A stretch of 64,000 nucleotides of DNA from Cenococcum geophilum (Eukaryota), in contig CP158635.1 in the NCBI GenBank assembly GCA_050273025.1, positions 32,736,001 through 32,800,000 on the forward strand, read 5' to 3'. The notes under the pieces are model-generated. The model had not been told where the DNA came from and made no database searches. It was given only the letters and a program-made list of their open reading frames with translations. Positions 36,281 to 51,088 of this stretch are shown here, in pieces (within the stretch, counting starts at the first letter, position 1; each line of letters opens with the position of its first letter). Made by a program: the position numbers and the translations under genes.

Positions 36281-36879
36281 TATTAGGTGATTTGTTACCT
36301 CACCTATATATATTATTCCGCACAGCTATACCTAGCATTAAGCCAGTTACTTATTTACCTTTTGTGGGTTTATATAGCTAAGTAGTATAGAGCTTATTAC
36401 CTTATATAATGACTAGCTTAATACCTAGGGCCTTATAGGTTTAAACCTCGTTTATACCCTAGGCTGACTTAAGAATAGCCTACCAATCGTATAACTAAAG
36501 GAGCTGGTTACGCAACTAAGCCTTAGCTTAGTTGGGTTAATACCGTAACTAAAGACGCCGGTCCCTATAATTAAAGCATAAGGCGGCCTCTTTAGGCGCC
36601 GCGCTGTAGCTGCTGGAGGTCTAGTATATTAAGCGCAATAACCCCTAAGGTACGATAACGCATTAGCGACCGTAGCCTGGCCTAATTCTGCGCCCCTAAG
36701 CCTATGGGATAGGACGTTGCGCCTAAGGACAGTCGCTATTGGAAGGGATGCATTATTAGGTAATTTATTACCTTGCCTATATATATTGTTCCGCATAGCC
36801 GTACCTAGCATTAAGCCAGTCACTTATTTACCTTTTATAGGTTTGTGTGGCTAAGTAATGCGGAGCTTATTACTTTATA
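36281..36879 (+). mobile_element. TRIM-like miniature LTR element (126-bp LTRs, 347-bp non-coding interior)
   Basis: Direct repeats 36281-36406 and 36754-36879 with ta...ta termini (RIPed TG...CA). 5-bp TSD actat/attat. Purine-rich ggaagggatg just before the second repeat. Confidence 0.78.
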
Positions 36880-39800
36880 ATTATATTAAAAAATATAGCA
36901 GCTAGTAAAGCAGCTATAGGACCCTTAAATACCTTTAATAGTAAAACAGTAACTAACTTAAACTCTTAGGTAGAGCTTATAGCAGCTAATACTAAAATTA
37001 AAGAACTTTAAGAGCTGCTTAAAGCTAGAGAACCCCCTATACCTAGTAAAAAGTTATTAAACATCTAAAGACTTGCTATAGTTCTTAAAACCTATTATAA
37101 AACCCCACCGTAGGGGCCTCCATAGGAGATCCCCGTGCTCTTACATATACCTCGCGTACAGCTTATATTAGCTACGCGTAGGTATATTACCTCCTTACGC
37201 CCTTAACCCTTACGATCGATCGCGTAACGTCTTGTAGACTCCTTAAATACATACGCTCTATAGCCACTGCCCCTGTTCTATAATATTATATTACGCCTTT
37301 TTACTACTAATGCTTAGCCTATAACTAATTCTATGTCTTTATAATACTATAGGCGCTACTAAAAGCAGCGTGTCTATAAATTATCTTATCTTATACTTCT
37401 AAGGAACCTATAATAGTAAGATAATATTCCTTACTAGCTACTGTATTAAACCTAAAGAACAATTTAATACCTATACTTAACCTATAACGCTAATTAATCC
37501 CAGAGGAATTTAATTTATTAGCCTTAGCCTTAACCCCTAAGGAGATAGACACCAATAATATCTTATCTTTTATTAACTATATAACTATAGATAAGTAAAT
37601 AGAAGGGCTACTACCTATTAAAATTAAAATATAAAACACTAAGACGTTTATAAAAATAGTAGCACAAGACCCTAATAAATACTACCGCCTTTTATAGAAC
37701 TATTACCTAAAGCTTATATAAGCTGAGATGCGTATTACCTAAAATTGCAATATTATCTAAGACCTATAAGCTTATAAGGCGCTCACCGATAATATATATT
37801 AAGAAACTAAAGATAACCTCCGCGTGTCTAAACGCGACGTCTAATAGTTAAAGAAGAATAAGATTATACTAATTGCTACAGTTACTAAAAAAGAAGGTAT
37901 AATTAAATACTTATAATCTTAGCTTAACGAGCACATTTATAATAACGCTAGATACCTCTCTACTATATATAACGCTACCTAAGTCTCTATACCCCCGGCA
38001 ACTTTACCTACTTAACACTTAATAGAGGGTTAGCGTTAAGTAGCTTTACCTAATAGGAACCCCTACTAAAGCAGTAATAATAAAAGCTATAATAATCGGA
38101 CCTAAACTGCTACCGTAGGGTCTAATATACACTACCCTAATCCCCTAGTTTTTTAAGGAGACTATAAGGAATATAGCTACTAGAAGATATAAATCTGCGA
38201 AAAACTAACTTAGAGCGCCTACCTTTTTCCTATAGAAGATATTAAGATTAGCTATATTATCGGGCGAATAAAGGGTATACTATTTAATAGACTCTTCGCC
38301 TAATAGGAGACTAGTGGCCCCTAAAAGTAGTAGTCTTACTAAGAAGTCCTTAATAATCTTAACCTAATATACCGCGACTATAACCTACTGGCTACTAACT
38401 AAGCTAAACTATATGCCTTAAAGATAAACCCTACCGAATTATTTAATAAGTTCTATATTAAATTCTAGGAATATACTAAAGCCCTCGCCCGAGACGATAC
38501 TAAAGACTAAGAGAATCTGCTTAAAAAAGTTACTTATCGCCTTAGTTATATAGCCACTAGCTATAACTATAATAATATTTATAAGATAGTAGCAGCCCTA
38601 TAGAAGATTAAATAATAACTAAATTAGATTACTACTACTAACCCTTACTTAAAGACCTCTTTATAGAAGCCCTTTGGGCCTACTAAACCTATATATACTA
38701 AGCTACAACGCCTACTACTTTAAGTACTACTGGAGCTAATATTAACCTCTCTATACTAACCTTTCTATAAAAACTCCTAGATAGAGAGCGTAAGCTATTC
38801 TAAAAACTAGGACGCTATTATAAATACCATTAAGAAGGCTGTTATTATAATAACCTAAACTGCCTAATAGCTAGGTTTAGTATTTACCGCATAATACCTA
38901 ACCTAATGCCCTAAATACTAAATACATTACTATATACCACTACTATATAAGATAAAGACGTAGTAATAGTAGTAGAATTAGATATGGAAGCGGAAAACAC
39001 TAAGTCCTAGCCCTAAGTCGCGGGTTGGGACGTCCTAATAATAGAGGGATCTATATATTGACCTACTTAATAGATAACTTAGTAAAGATAAATAGACGGA
39101 AATAGATAGTTTTATCTATAATAGGAACTACTGCTATAAAATAATATAAAAGCCATTTTATAATTAACTATAGAGCTACGAACTAATTTATAGATATTTA
39201 ACTTATATATACTTATAACCTACCTACCTTACCCCTTACTAAAGCCCGCGCCCTATAACTCGCTAACGGTAGTTATACCGTATAGAAGATTACCTATATA
39301 GTATAACTCTACTTAGATATAAACGGGCACTAGAAAGAGCTTTAGGCCTATATTATACCACTTACTAACTACCCTATTATCCTTAAAATAAGCTAGCTTA
39401 AATAATACAACCCCACTATTAACTAGGAAAAGAGAGAAGCAACCTTTAATTTTAAATACTATAGAGAGACTTGCCTAGGATATAGCTTAGCCGCCTTTAT
39501 TTACTCACCAAGATATTAACCTAAGAAACCCCTTATTACTCTACCTATAACTAACTACTACTATATAAGTGCTGTGGCCTTCTACTATATAGCATGTAGG
39601 AAAGACTAGACCGTTACTATAGCTTCCTAATTATAACTATATAAGCTTAATAAAGAACAGGACTACGTCTTTTATAGTAATAGTCGACCTTTTAGAAGAT
39701 AATACCCCTGCGGAACTCTATGGACTTTTACCTTTAAACTTTAAAAAGTTTATAAAACTTGAAAAAGGACTTATTAACGAAGAACTCTGCAAGCTCCTCC

Positions 39801-41454
39801 CTAAGAGGTACTATAACTTTATTAATATATATTTATAAAAGGGTGTAAATATACTCCTCCCATATTAACCTAATAACTATACTATTAATATTAAATAAGG
39901 AAAAACGCTACCTTATAAGAGACTCTACCTAATATTAAAAGATAAACTTTTAGTTATAAGAAAGTATATTAACGAGCACCTTAATAAAGGGTTTATTCGT
40001 CCCAGCATATTACTAATAGCCGCCCCTATCCTTCTCGCTAAGAAGCTAGAAAGAAGTATTTAATTTTACATTAACTATAGAGGACTTAACGCTATTATAA
40101 TTAAAAATTAATACCCAGTACTACTTATACGGGAGACCCTTAAGCGGCTTAGCTAAGCTAAAATCTATACTAAGCTTAATATTATCGCCGCCTTTAATTA
40201 TCTCTAAATATAGGAAGGTAATAAATGGAAAACCGCATTTATATTACGCTTTAGCTAATTTAAATATACTATTATGCCCTTTAGCGTATATAACGGCCTA
40301 GGCACCTTCTAAAGCTATATTAATAACGCCTTATAGGACTACCTTAATGACTTCTACTCTACGTACCTAGATAATATACTTATTTATAATAATAACCCTT
40401 TTAAGTATACTAAATACGTTTAAAAGGTCCTATAGTGCCTTAGGGACGTAGGACTTTATATTAATTTAAAGAAATGCGAATTCTTAGTCACAGAAGTAAA
40501 ATACCTTAGACTAATTATTACTACTAAGGGTGTTTATATAAACCCCGAGAAGGTATATATAATTACTAAATAGTAAGCCCCTAACTGCATTAAGGACGTA
40601 TAAGCCTTCCTTAGTTTTGCTAACTTCTATTAAAAAATTATATATAACTTCTTAGGCGTAGTAGCACTACTTATAGCAATAATACGAACAAAGGGCCTTT
40701 CTATAAAAGGAAGAAAAACGTACCTACGCTTTACCTAGACGCTTAAATGCGAGAAGGCGTTCTAAGACCTTAAAAATGCCTTTACCAAAGCACCTATCCT
40801 AGCTTACTTTATACTAGGATAACAACTCTACCTTAAAACTAACTCCTTAGACTATATTAACGCAGGTATTCTTTCCTAGATAGGTAATAACGGTCTCCTT
40901 TACCTAGTTATATTCTACTTATCTAAGCTTATACTATAAGAGTATAACTATAAGATCTATAATAAAGAACTCCTTATAATTATATAAGCGTTTAAAGAAT
41001 TCTAACTAAAACTCTCCTTAGTAGAGCCTAACTAGCTAACTAAAGTCCTTACGGACCATTATAACCTTAAGTACTTTATAACTATAAAGTAGCTAAACTA
41101 ATGCTAAGTATATTAGAACGAGTTCCTCTCTAGTTTTAACTTTAAAATTGTATATAGACTAAGAGTATAAGGTACTAAACCTAATAGCTTAATACGCCGC
41201 TCGTAAGACCTTCTTTAATCTAAAAATAACCCCTATAATTAGTTCTAATAACAAACGATCCTAAAAGCACGAAATTTGGCACTAGGTATACTACCTATAA
41301 TAAAACTAACTATACCTTAGCTTTATACTACAGAACTAAAGTTACCTCCTAAAATTAATAAGCTTATTACTACCGTATATAACACCTCTATTAACCTATT
41401 ATTATATTAATTTATTGCCATAAAGACCGCCGGCGCCTATACGCTGCCTACTAA

Positions 41455-44400
41455 TGTTACGGACGCTTTAAGTACGATGTTATAACTACTTGGGGAAGAG
41501 TTGGAAGAAGCTAGTTGGTTAATTTAGGCACGGTCCAGAATGGAACTAGTAGAGCTATATAACGAGGAATGGTAACCGAGGTCATATAACGTGCTATATA
41601 TTAAATGAGAGGAATAGGAGGAACTTACGTACCTTATGTATAAGACGTACCTCACGTATAAGAAGGATTTTATAGGAGTATAGATATATATTTAAGGACC
41701 CTTAGTCCCTACCTAGATAGTTCCTTCCTTATAGTAATTCTTAGAATATAATTAGAGTTAATCTATTAGGCAACCACTCCACTAGTTATTATTACGTTAT
41801 TAACTTTAACTTATATTACCTACACACCTAGCCTAATAATAAGCCTATTGTAGTTCTTGCTACAAGGTTCCGTTATATAATTACTACCTAGTTATAGTAT
41901 TAAGTATAAAAAGTTAAATAATATGCTACTAAAAGCAGCCACTATAACGCTATTAACGGCGGCAACTACTTTAAGGTTAGGTAACGACACCAGTATAGTA
42001 GATACTAACTTATAGCAACCTATAACGGTCGGACAACTATAAGAGATAGTTAACTAGCTAATAGAAAATAATATAATATTGGAAAATAGGATTAACGGGA
42101 TAGGCGCAGCAAAGGTTAAGTTACTATTAATTAAAAGATTCTTAAGAGAGAAGTTAAAGCTTAAAGGATTCCTTACGTAAATACACTTTAAGGTCGCGTA
42201 GGAAGGGGTAAAGCTGGCAATATTTATAGATTAAATAGCGTATACGGGATTGTTCCTAACAGGAAGAGCACTTAAGTAGTTTAAGCCTTACCTTATGGAA
42301 ATCTAGGTAAATGGAATAATAACGACGAACTAAGAAGTAAGGTTTATATTCTTAAGCTAGAATAGATTTATAGAGCGACTTATATAAATGTTTAGAGACC
42401 TAGAGGTAGTAACTATAGTGGAAAGAAAACTCTAAGATATTATGTAACGAACCTTAGCAATTAAATATATAATATAGTTTTAGACGTTAGCGATATAAGT
42501 AGAGTGGAATAATAAGGCGCTTATAGCACAGTATAAATAGGGACTTAAGGCTAAAGTTTAGGACGTAATTATTCTAATAGAAGATGCGGACACCCTAAGG
42601 GAACTAATAGATTAAGTAATTAAGATTAATAATTGGATCTACTAAAGGGAATAGGCTAAGAGAGGTTAGGATAGAGTTCTATAGTCATATAAGGCGTAGA
42701 GCACGTAACAACTAAAGCTAAGTTAGAAACTATAGTATAGCGCAGAGCTAATAGACCTAAGTAGTACTAAAGAAGCCTATAAGAGATAGAGTAAACGACT
42801 ATAGAAACCTAGAGGATAAGGATTAAGTAATTAGAGGTCTAAGGAGTAGAGGCTAAACTAGGGATCTTAGCAGTAGAAGACGTTTAGGCGGACTCTATAA
42901 TAAGAAAAATAGTTTAAAGAAGAAGCTTATATAAATTGCGGAAAACAGGGTTATTACATTAGAAACTGTAAAAGTAGGTAGAGTTACTATATAGTAAAAG
43001 GAACGAGACTAGTAGACGATATATACGTATAGAGGGATGATAATATACTGCAAGGAACAAAAGAATGTTTAATTAGAAGTTTTGCGTTTTGTTATAATAA
43101 CGTATACTAAATTTATAAGGACGCTAAGTATAGCGTAAGCTATTGGCTATAGGAGCTAAGTTTATTAAAATATTAAGGAACTAACGAACTAGTTCGTAGA
43201 TCGGATATTAGGGATAATAAATTTAACGTAGGCGAAACATTCTATAATAATAAGGTAATAAAGGCGGTTTACTAGGAACGCGTAGCTATTAGAGATATTA
43301 TACTAGAGGTAGAGGATAATTCCACTATAGAATAGGGAATATTAGTAGGGATTAAGACCCTACTAGACACGATATTTATTACTTTGCGAGACGTAAGAGA
43401 AGTAGGATAGCGAACTACTTTGGCACTTAATAAAGGTAAAAGGCCACAAGCTTAAGATTCTTATGACGAGATATAAGACAACTAAGATTCTTAAGATAAG
43501 ATAAGGCAAGCTTAAGGACCTATAATAGACGACAACCGATAGAGCAGAGCAATAGCTTAGTTTAGCGATATATAAATAAGCTTAGGATGAAGTTTCCTAA
43601 AAGCATAAGACTTTTAAGATGAGATAAGTGAGATTTAAGACTCTTAAGATGAGATGAGAATACTAAGTAAGCCTAGTTAGACTAAGGCTAGAGCTAAGCT
43701 TAAGATAAAAGCAAGCTCAGAATTAAAGAATTTAAGGGGTTAAGAATTTGGAGTATAAATTAGAACACCTATAAGTAAGAGGTAAGGAGCTTTTTTATAG
43801 ATTAGAGAATCTATAGCGTAAACAGTAATTAGACTAGGAGACAGGTATATAGACCTAAAAGACTTACTAGGGGAACGCAGTATTCGGCCTAAAGATTAAA
43901 AAGTTAATATTAAGGTTAAGAAGTAAGAAGACTTTAAGGATTAGTCTATAAGACGCAAACCAAAAGAAACTATAAAAGAGTTTAGGTAAAGAATTATTAT
44001 ATAGCAAGAATAGAAACTATATAAGAGATCTAGTATATTAGGATATATAAGGAACAGAGTACTAGTATAAAGAATTACTAATAGGCCAAGAGTAGGCATA
44101 CTAAAAGCTAAGTAGCTTATTAAACTAGAAAATAAAGAGGATCTAGGGATCCCTACTAGGTTTAAAAAACGACATATAAAGGGCTATTATAATATAGTAA
44201 TAAGAAGATACTTCCTTACGGATAAGCCGTATATACTTTAATAGCTATACTAAAAGTAGTATAGGCAGCGATATAATGACGAGTAGGAAGATTTCTATAT
44301 ATAGTTAGATAAAAAAGTTATCTAAGACCACCTAATTATAGAAAAGGCCATAAATCACATTAAAGGAGCCTTAATTATAATGTTAAAGGATCTAGAGGAA

Positions 44401-47400
44401 TAATTAGAGGACTAGAGAAGTAAGAGATATATCTTAGTACCTATAAATAAAGTTATAACGTTTAGATTAGTATAATAAAGGTTTAAACTTAAAGATAAAG
44501 ATAAGTTAAAAGTTAACCTAAAGCACCTAGCGCACTATATGCTATTATGGATTACATATATAGATAATATATACAAGATATATAAGAATCCAAAGGAAAA
44601 GAATCGGAAATACCCTATAAGGATATACTAGATAATAGATAAATAATAGTATAGAAATGCTAAGTATATATATAGCTGGCATCTAGCAGAAGTCTAAAAG
44701 GAAGGAAATTTAATACTTTAACTAGGAAGATTTCTTATAGAAGAATGCTTAGATAAATAATAGTAGTGGGAATGCCTAGAGAATATATATCTATAGTATA
44801 TTAAAGATAAAAAGCGAACTAGGTATTAGCTAAAGAGTAAGCTAAGTATATAAGGATTAAGTAGCTAATAGTTAGGAAAAGTAGAGGCCTATAGGATTAG
44901 AGGGAGCTAGTAGTAGAGCCTTAAACCCTTAAAGGAATTTAAGGATAATACCTAAATTTAAAAGTTAATTAGTAAGATTAGTAGTTTAAAGCGCTAATAG
45001 ATAGTAGAGTAACGCAAAACTATATTTTACTAGTAGTAGTTAAAAGAATAGGGCTATCTTATAGATAGAAGGAGCAACCTTACCTATTAATTATAATTTT
45101 AGAAGATCCAATAGCCTACGGAGGGGGGATTATTAACCTTAAAATAGGACCTATTTAGATAACTATTAAAGGGAGACAAATTAAGATATCTTTTAATATC
45201 CTACTATTGGGACGGAATAAGGTAGTATTAAAGATGCCTTAGTTATAGGAATATAATTTAAAGATCGATTGGATTATAGGATAGGTTAATATTAGAGATA
45301 CTTAACGCCGTAAAATATAATAATAAGCTAAGTTAGTATAGTACTAGGTTAGAGTAATATATAAAGAGACTAAGTAAGGCTTAAGTTATATACTAAAAAG
45401 ATACCATAAGTATAGTAAGAAACTATAGTTACTAAAAAGTAAAAAGCTGTTAGAGTATATAGTATAGGACTATAAGATAGAGTTAAAACTAAAAATAAGT
45501 CTAAAGTTCTTTCTAATCTATAAGCTTACTAAAAAAGAAGGTAGAGTACTAAAAGAGTTTATCTAGGAGAACTTATAGAAGGGATATATTAGACTATTAT
45601 AGTTATTAGCGGGTTATCTAGTACTATTTATACTAAAGAAGAATAGTAAACTAAGGCTATATATTAACTATAGATAGTTAAACAGCATCACTTAAAAGGA
45701 TAGGTATCCTTTACCCTTAATTAGCAAAATTTAAGATAGGATAGGTAACGTATAAATCTTTATAAAGATAGATCTAAGGTAGGCGTACTATTAGATTAAG
45801 ATTAAGAAAGGCAATAAATAGAAAGTAGCTTTTAGATTAAAGGAAGGACTATATAAACTATTAGTTATATAATTTAGGCTTATAAACGCACTAGTAACGT
45901 TTTAGAAGCGTATTAATAATATATTAAGAGAATACTTAGATAAATTTATTATAGTATATCTTAACGATATTATTATCTACTTAATAACGGAGAAATAATA
46001 TAAGGAACACATTAAATAGGTTTTAAAGAGACTATAAGAGGAATAGATGCTAGTAGTAATTAAAAAATATAAGTTCTTTATAAGAAAGACAGATTTTATT
46101 AGATTTATTATTAAACTAGGCTAACTTAATATAGATCTAAAGAAGATTAAGGCTATAGTAAATTAGTAAGAACTAAAGAACGTTATATAGTTAAGATTGT
46201 TCCTAAGGTTTTACAATTACTATAGGAGGTTTATAGCGCAATAGTTAAAGGATATTAAGCCGTTTATATAATTAATAAAGAAAGAAGAACTATAAATATA
46301 GGGAGAGGAACAATAGGAACTATTTAAAAGAGTTAAAGAATTATTTACCTAGGAGCCAGTTCTTAAGATCTATTAACTAGGACTAAAGACGGTTATAGAG
46401 ATAGATGTATTAGACTATATACTAGGGGTATACTTTATACAGAAATATTAAGATAGATAGCACTTAGTAGTATACTATAGTTAGAAGATAACACTACTAG
46501 AGTTAAACTATAACATTTACAATAAGGAGTTATTAGGTATAGTTACAGCATTAAAGAAATAAAGAGTATTCTTATAAGGTATAGAGAAACTATTTATAGT
46601 TAAGATAGATTATAAGAACCTAATAGAATTCCTAATAATAAAGGAACTTAACTAAAAATAGGTTAGATAGGCAGAGATATTTATAGAATACTATTTTAAG
46701 ATTTAATATACTAAGGGTACAAATAATATATAAGCAAATACTCTAAATTAAAAGGCCGAACTATAAAATAATAAAAAGCCATTAGGGGCCTTACTGCGAA
46801 AAAATATAGATAGACTAATTAGGTATAATTATCTAAAAATTATAGTAACCCGGGAAGATAATAAACTAGAAAAAGTTTATAAGATACTAGAGAGCTTTTA
46901 GGCGTAAAGAATTCTAAAAGTATAACTAAAAGATTTATAGATAGATATATACGAAAATTAAGAAGTAAAGTATATCCTAAAAAGTATAGTAGAGTAGTTT
47001 ATAGAGGACTTCTATAAGGGACTAACTTAAGGGCATAACGGAGCTATAGGCTTAGTGTTAAGACTCTAGGAGGAGTATATTATTAACGGAATCTAAAGAA
47101 TAGCTAGGAAGGTTACTAGAAAGTATCTAGATTACTAAAGGAATAAACTAATAAGGTATAAGCTATATAGAGGGCTATAACCTATTAAAATACTAGAGAG
47201 ACTATAGGAGGTTATATTATAGGACTTTATTATTAAGTTATTAAAATTAAAAAATCCTATTACTAGATAAGATTATAACACGATCTTAGTAATAGTAAAT
47301 AAGCTTACAAAGTAGGGATACTTTATAGCATATATAGAAGAAATATTAGTAGAAGATATTGCTAAAATCTATATTAAAGAAGTATTTATAAGATATAGAG

Positions 47401-49404
47401 CACTAAGTAAGATTATATCAGATAGAGATCTAAGATTTATAGTAGCATTTTAGAAGGTATTCTTAGCAGAGTAAGAAGTTTAAGTAGTAACTTTTACCGC
47501 ATATTATTTACAGATAGATGGCTAGATAGAAAGATTAAATTAAACACTAGAATAGTATCTAAGGCATTATATTAATTATGTATAGAATAATTAGGTATTG
47601 CTATTACTAGTTATATAGTTTATATACAATGCAATACCTTAAAAAGGGATAGACATATTACCATTTAAGGCAAATTATAGATATAAGCTAAGGACATTAT
47701 TGTTACTACGGTAAGTAAAAAAGATAAGTAGTATAGCTAAAGAAAGGATAAAAACGTTAATAAATCTTTATGCAGACCTTATAAAATTAGTAAGAAAGTA
47801 TAAAAGAGAATAAAAAAGTACTATAATACTAAGAGATCTAAGGGACTAGATCTTAAGGAGGGAGATAAAATATAGCTACTATATAAAAATTATAAGAGCT
47901 AATAACTAAGTAAGAAGTTAAACTACGTTAGACTAGGACCTTTTAAAATTATATAAAGGATTTCACTAGTTATATTTAAGTTAAACCTACTAGCTAAAAT
48001 AAAAATCTACCCTATATAGTATATTATAATGCTAGAACTAGTATATAGAAATATTAAGCCACTAGTCTATAAGGTAAACACGTATAGAGGACAGGAAGAA
48101 GATAAATAGTAAGTTTTAAAGATTATTAGTTATAAGGACATTAACAATAAAATATAGTATAAGGTTAAGTGGATAGGCTATAATAAGACTACCTAGGAAC
48201 CACTAAAAAATTTAAAGAACGCTATAGGAAAGGTATAGAAGTATTAGAAGAGATTAGGTTAGGTAATATTAATAATAAAAAATTGCTAAAAAACGAGCCA
48301 CCTAAGGGGGACCTAAGAAGAGTAGTTACCGAACTACTTAGATCTATTTCCTTCTCTATTAAGAGAGAATCTATTCTTTTATCGCCAAGTTCCTATAAAC
48401 CTTATTCTATAAGTTTCTACTTCTTAAAACGAACCTTTTTATAAACCTTCTTAAGATAGAGCAAACAAGTAGACGCCGCGATTTAAGCATTTAGGGCTTT
48501 TTATTCCGTATCCCAAGAACGTTCTAATTTAGTAAGGGCTTAAGACAGTTTACTATCTAGCCGTATAGCAGTAGATTAAACACAAAACCCTAAGACAAAT
48601 TAATTAGGGAACTAGACGACTATTAAGAGTAATAGGTCGCGTATATTTAGTATTAGAGGTAGAGTAAACGTCACAGGACAAATGAATATTCGCTTTAGTG
48701 CACTTTAAGTAAGAGGACGGTTATTGCGAAGATAGACTCGCCAACGTAATATAAACTAACCCCTTTTTTAAACAATAAGAGTATGGAGACGGTATAATCT
48801 CACTAAGAGATAATATTGCAGCAATAGTGCGAGCACGACGTTGGGCGTATAAGGAAGAAGAAGCTTTAGGTATAATAAGTAATAATATTAACTAAATTAA
48901 TTAGACGGATATTATACCTCTAGTAAATAACTTAAAGATGTTTTAAATCTTTAAGGACGAAGATAAAGAGGAGGGAGATAGTGTTACGAACGCTTTAAGT
49001 ATAATATTATAACTACTTAGGAAAGAGTCGGAAGAAGCTAGTTAGTTAATTTAGGTACGGTTTAGGATGGAACCGGTAGAGCTATATAATAAGGAATGGT
49101 AACTAAGGTTATATAACGTGCTATATATTAAATAAGAGGAATAGGAGGAACTTATATACCTTATATATAAGACGTACCTTATATATAAAAAGGATTTCAT
49201 AGGAGTACGGATATATATTTAAGGACCCTTAGTCCCTACCTAGATAGTTCCTTCCTTATAGTAATTCTCAGAATATAATTAGAGTTAATCTATTAGGCAA
49301 CCACTCCACCAGTTATTATTACGTTGTTAACTTTAACTTACATTACCTACACACCTAGCCTAATAACGAGCCTATTGTAGTTCTTGCTATAAGGTTCCGT
49401 TATA
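41455..49404 (+). mobile_element. Ty3/Gypsy (chromovirus-type) family A copy 3, complete, nested in family C pol
   Basis: 423-bp LTRs at 41455-41877 and 48982-49404, perfect TSD actaa, PPT gaggagggagatag. Zinc knuckle CxNCGKQGHxxRxC (~42929-42970), IDSGAT (~44997), YLDDII (~45956), chromodomain (~48105-48250). Confidence 0.95.
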
Positions 49405-49792
49405 ACTAACCTCTAAAGCTTAGGCTAAATTAATATAGCAGCCTTAAAAGTAAAAGAGAATAGGCTCTATTATAGAGGTCGCCTATTTATCCCTAACTTA
49501 GAAAGTCTATAACGGCAACTAATCTAAATAGCCTATAACCTTTAATTAAGCGGCCACCTAAGCAGAGGAGGAACCTATAAGCTTCTTAGCTGATACTACT
49601 TCTAGCTAAAAATAATAGACTTAGTTAAACGCTTTATAGGCGCCTACTATAGTTATAAGCGCGCTAAGGCCTTTAATATAAAGTATTAAGGACTACTATA
49701 CCCTCTATTAGTACCTATATAATAATAGGCAAATATTACTATAGATTTTGTTATTAACCTACTACCCTATAAACGATATGGCTATACCTATA

Positions 49793-51052
49793 TATTAGTA
49801 TTTTATTAGGGTACTAAGATCCTAGAGGCCTTCTAATAGGATTTTAACTTTCCTAAAGGTCCTAATCGTCCTAATAGGCTCCTAGTAGGATCTTTAATTT
49901 TCTAATTATCCTCTTATGGTCCTATTAGGGTCTTAATAGGAAACTAGTATTTCCTAATTATTCCTAATAGGCTCCTAGTAGGATCTTAATTTTCTTAATT
50001 ATCCTGTTAGGTTCCTAACAGAATACCCCTAAGCAACACCCCTTCTAACCCCCCCCCCCCCCCCCCCCCCCCAAAAGCGACACCTCCTATACACACCCCT
50101 TAAGATACCCCCCTAATGCGATACCCTCCCTACTATAATACCCCCCCTAATAGGATACCTTCCCCCTAATGCGACACGACCCTATATACGCGTGCGCGCG
50201 ATATATAGTGCTATTAGGTCCTCGCTATATTCCTAATAGCCTACACGTGCCTCTGCCAAGTTACCCCCTTTATAGTCACCCCATTTTTTACCCTTCCTTA
50301 TATCCTCCCTTAGGAGGCACTAGAACGGCAGCTAGCAGAGGACCGTCGCCAAAACTAGACGACCGTCGCCAGAACCAGACGACCGTCGCCAGAACCAGAC
50401 GGCCGTCGCCAGAACCAGACGACCGTTACAAAAACTAGACGACAACCTTTTGAACAACCAGCTAGCGAAGACCACGAACGATCCAATTGATCAATTAATC
50501 GAATTTGATATTGGCCTATTACCAAATCATATCAAGGCCTCCTAGGGAGGCACCCTAGACGACTACCGTTCGAATGTACAGCTAGCGAACGGCCATAGAG
50601 AACGACCTGGATTAATTAGAGCCTTCGATCGGGCCGACCTCTCCCCCGAATTAAATCAGATACTGACACAGGCAGGCAGGTAGGTAGGTAGGCAGGCAGG
50701 TAGGCAGGCAAGTAGGAGAGGACCGTCGTCAGAACCAGACGATAATCGTTCGAACGACCAGCTAGCGAACACCACGATCGATTCGATCGATCGATCGAAT
50801 CGAACTAGAGCCTCGATATCAGCCTATTACCGAATCAAATCGAATCAAGGCCTCCTAGGGAGGCACCCCAGACGACCACCGTTCAAACGTACAGCCAACG
50901 AACGCCCATGGAGAACGATTTAAATTAATATAATTAATCGCAATCGAATCAAGCAGAGCCTTTGATCGGGCCGACCTCTCCCCCGAATTACAGATACAGA
51001 CAGGTAGGCATAGACAGGTAGGCACGACAGGCACAGGCAGGCACAGACAGGT

Positions 51053-51088
<36 letters not shown>

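Noticed and set aside
50340..50440. CRISPR-like appearance of the 20-bp repeats
   Set aside because: Head-to-tail repeats without unique spacers, in a eukaryotic context with no cas genes.
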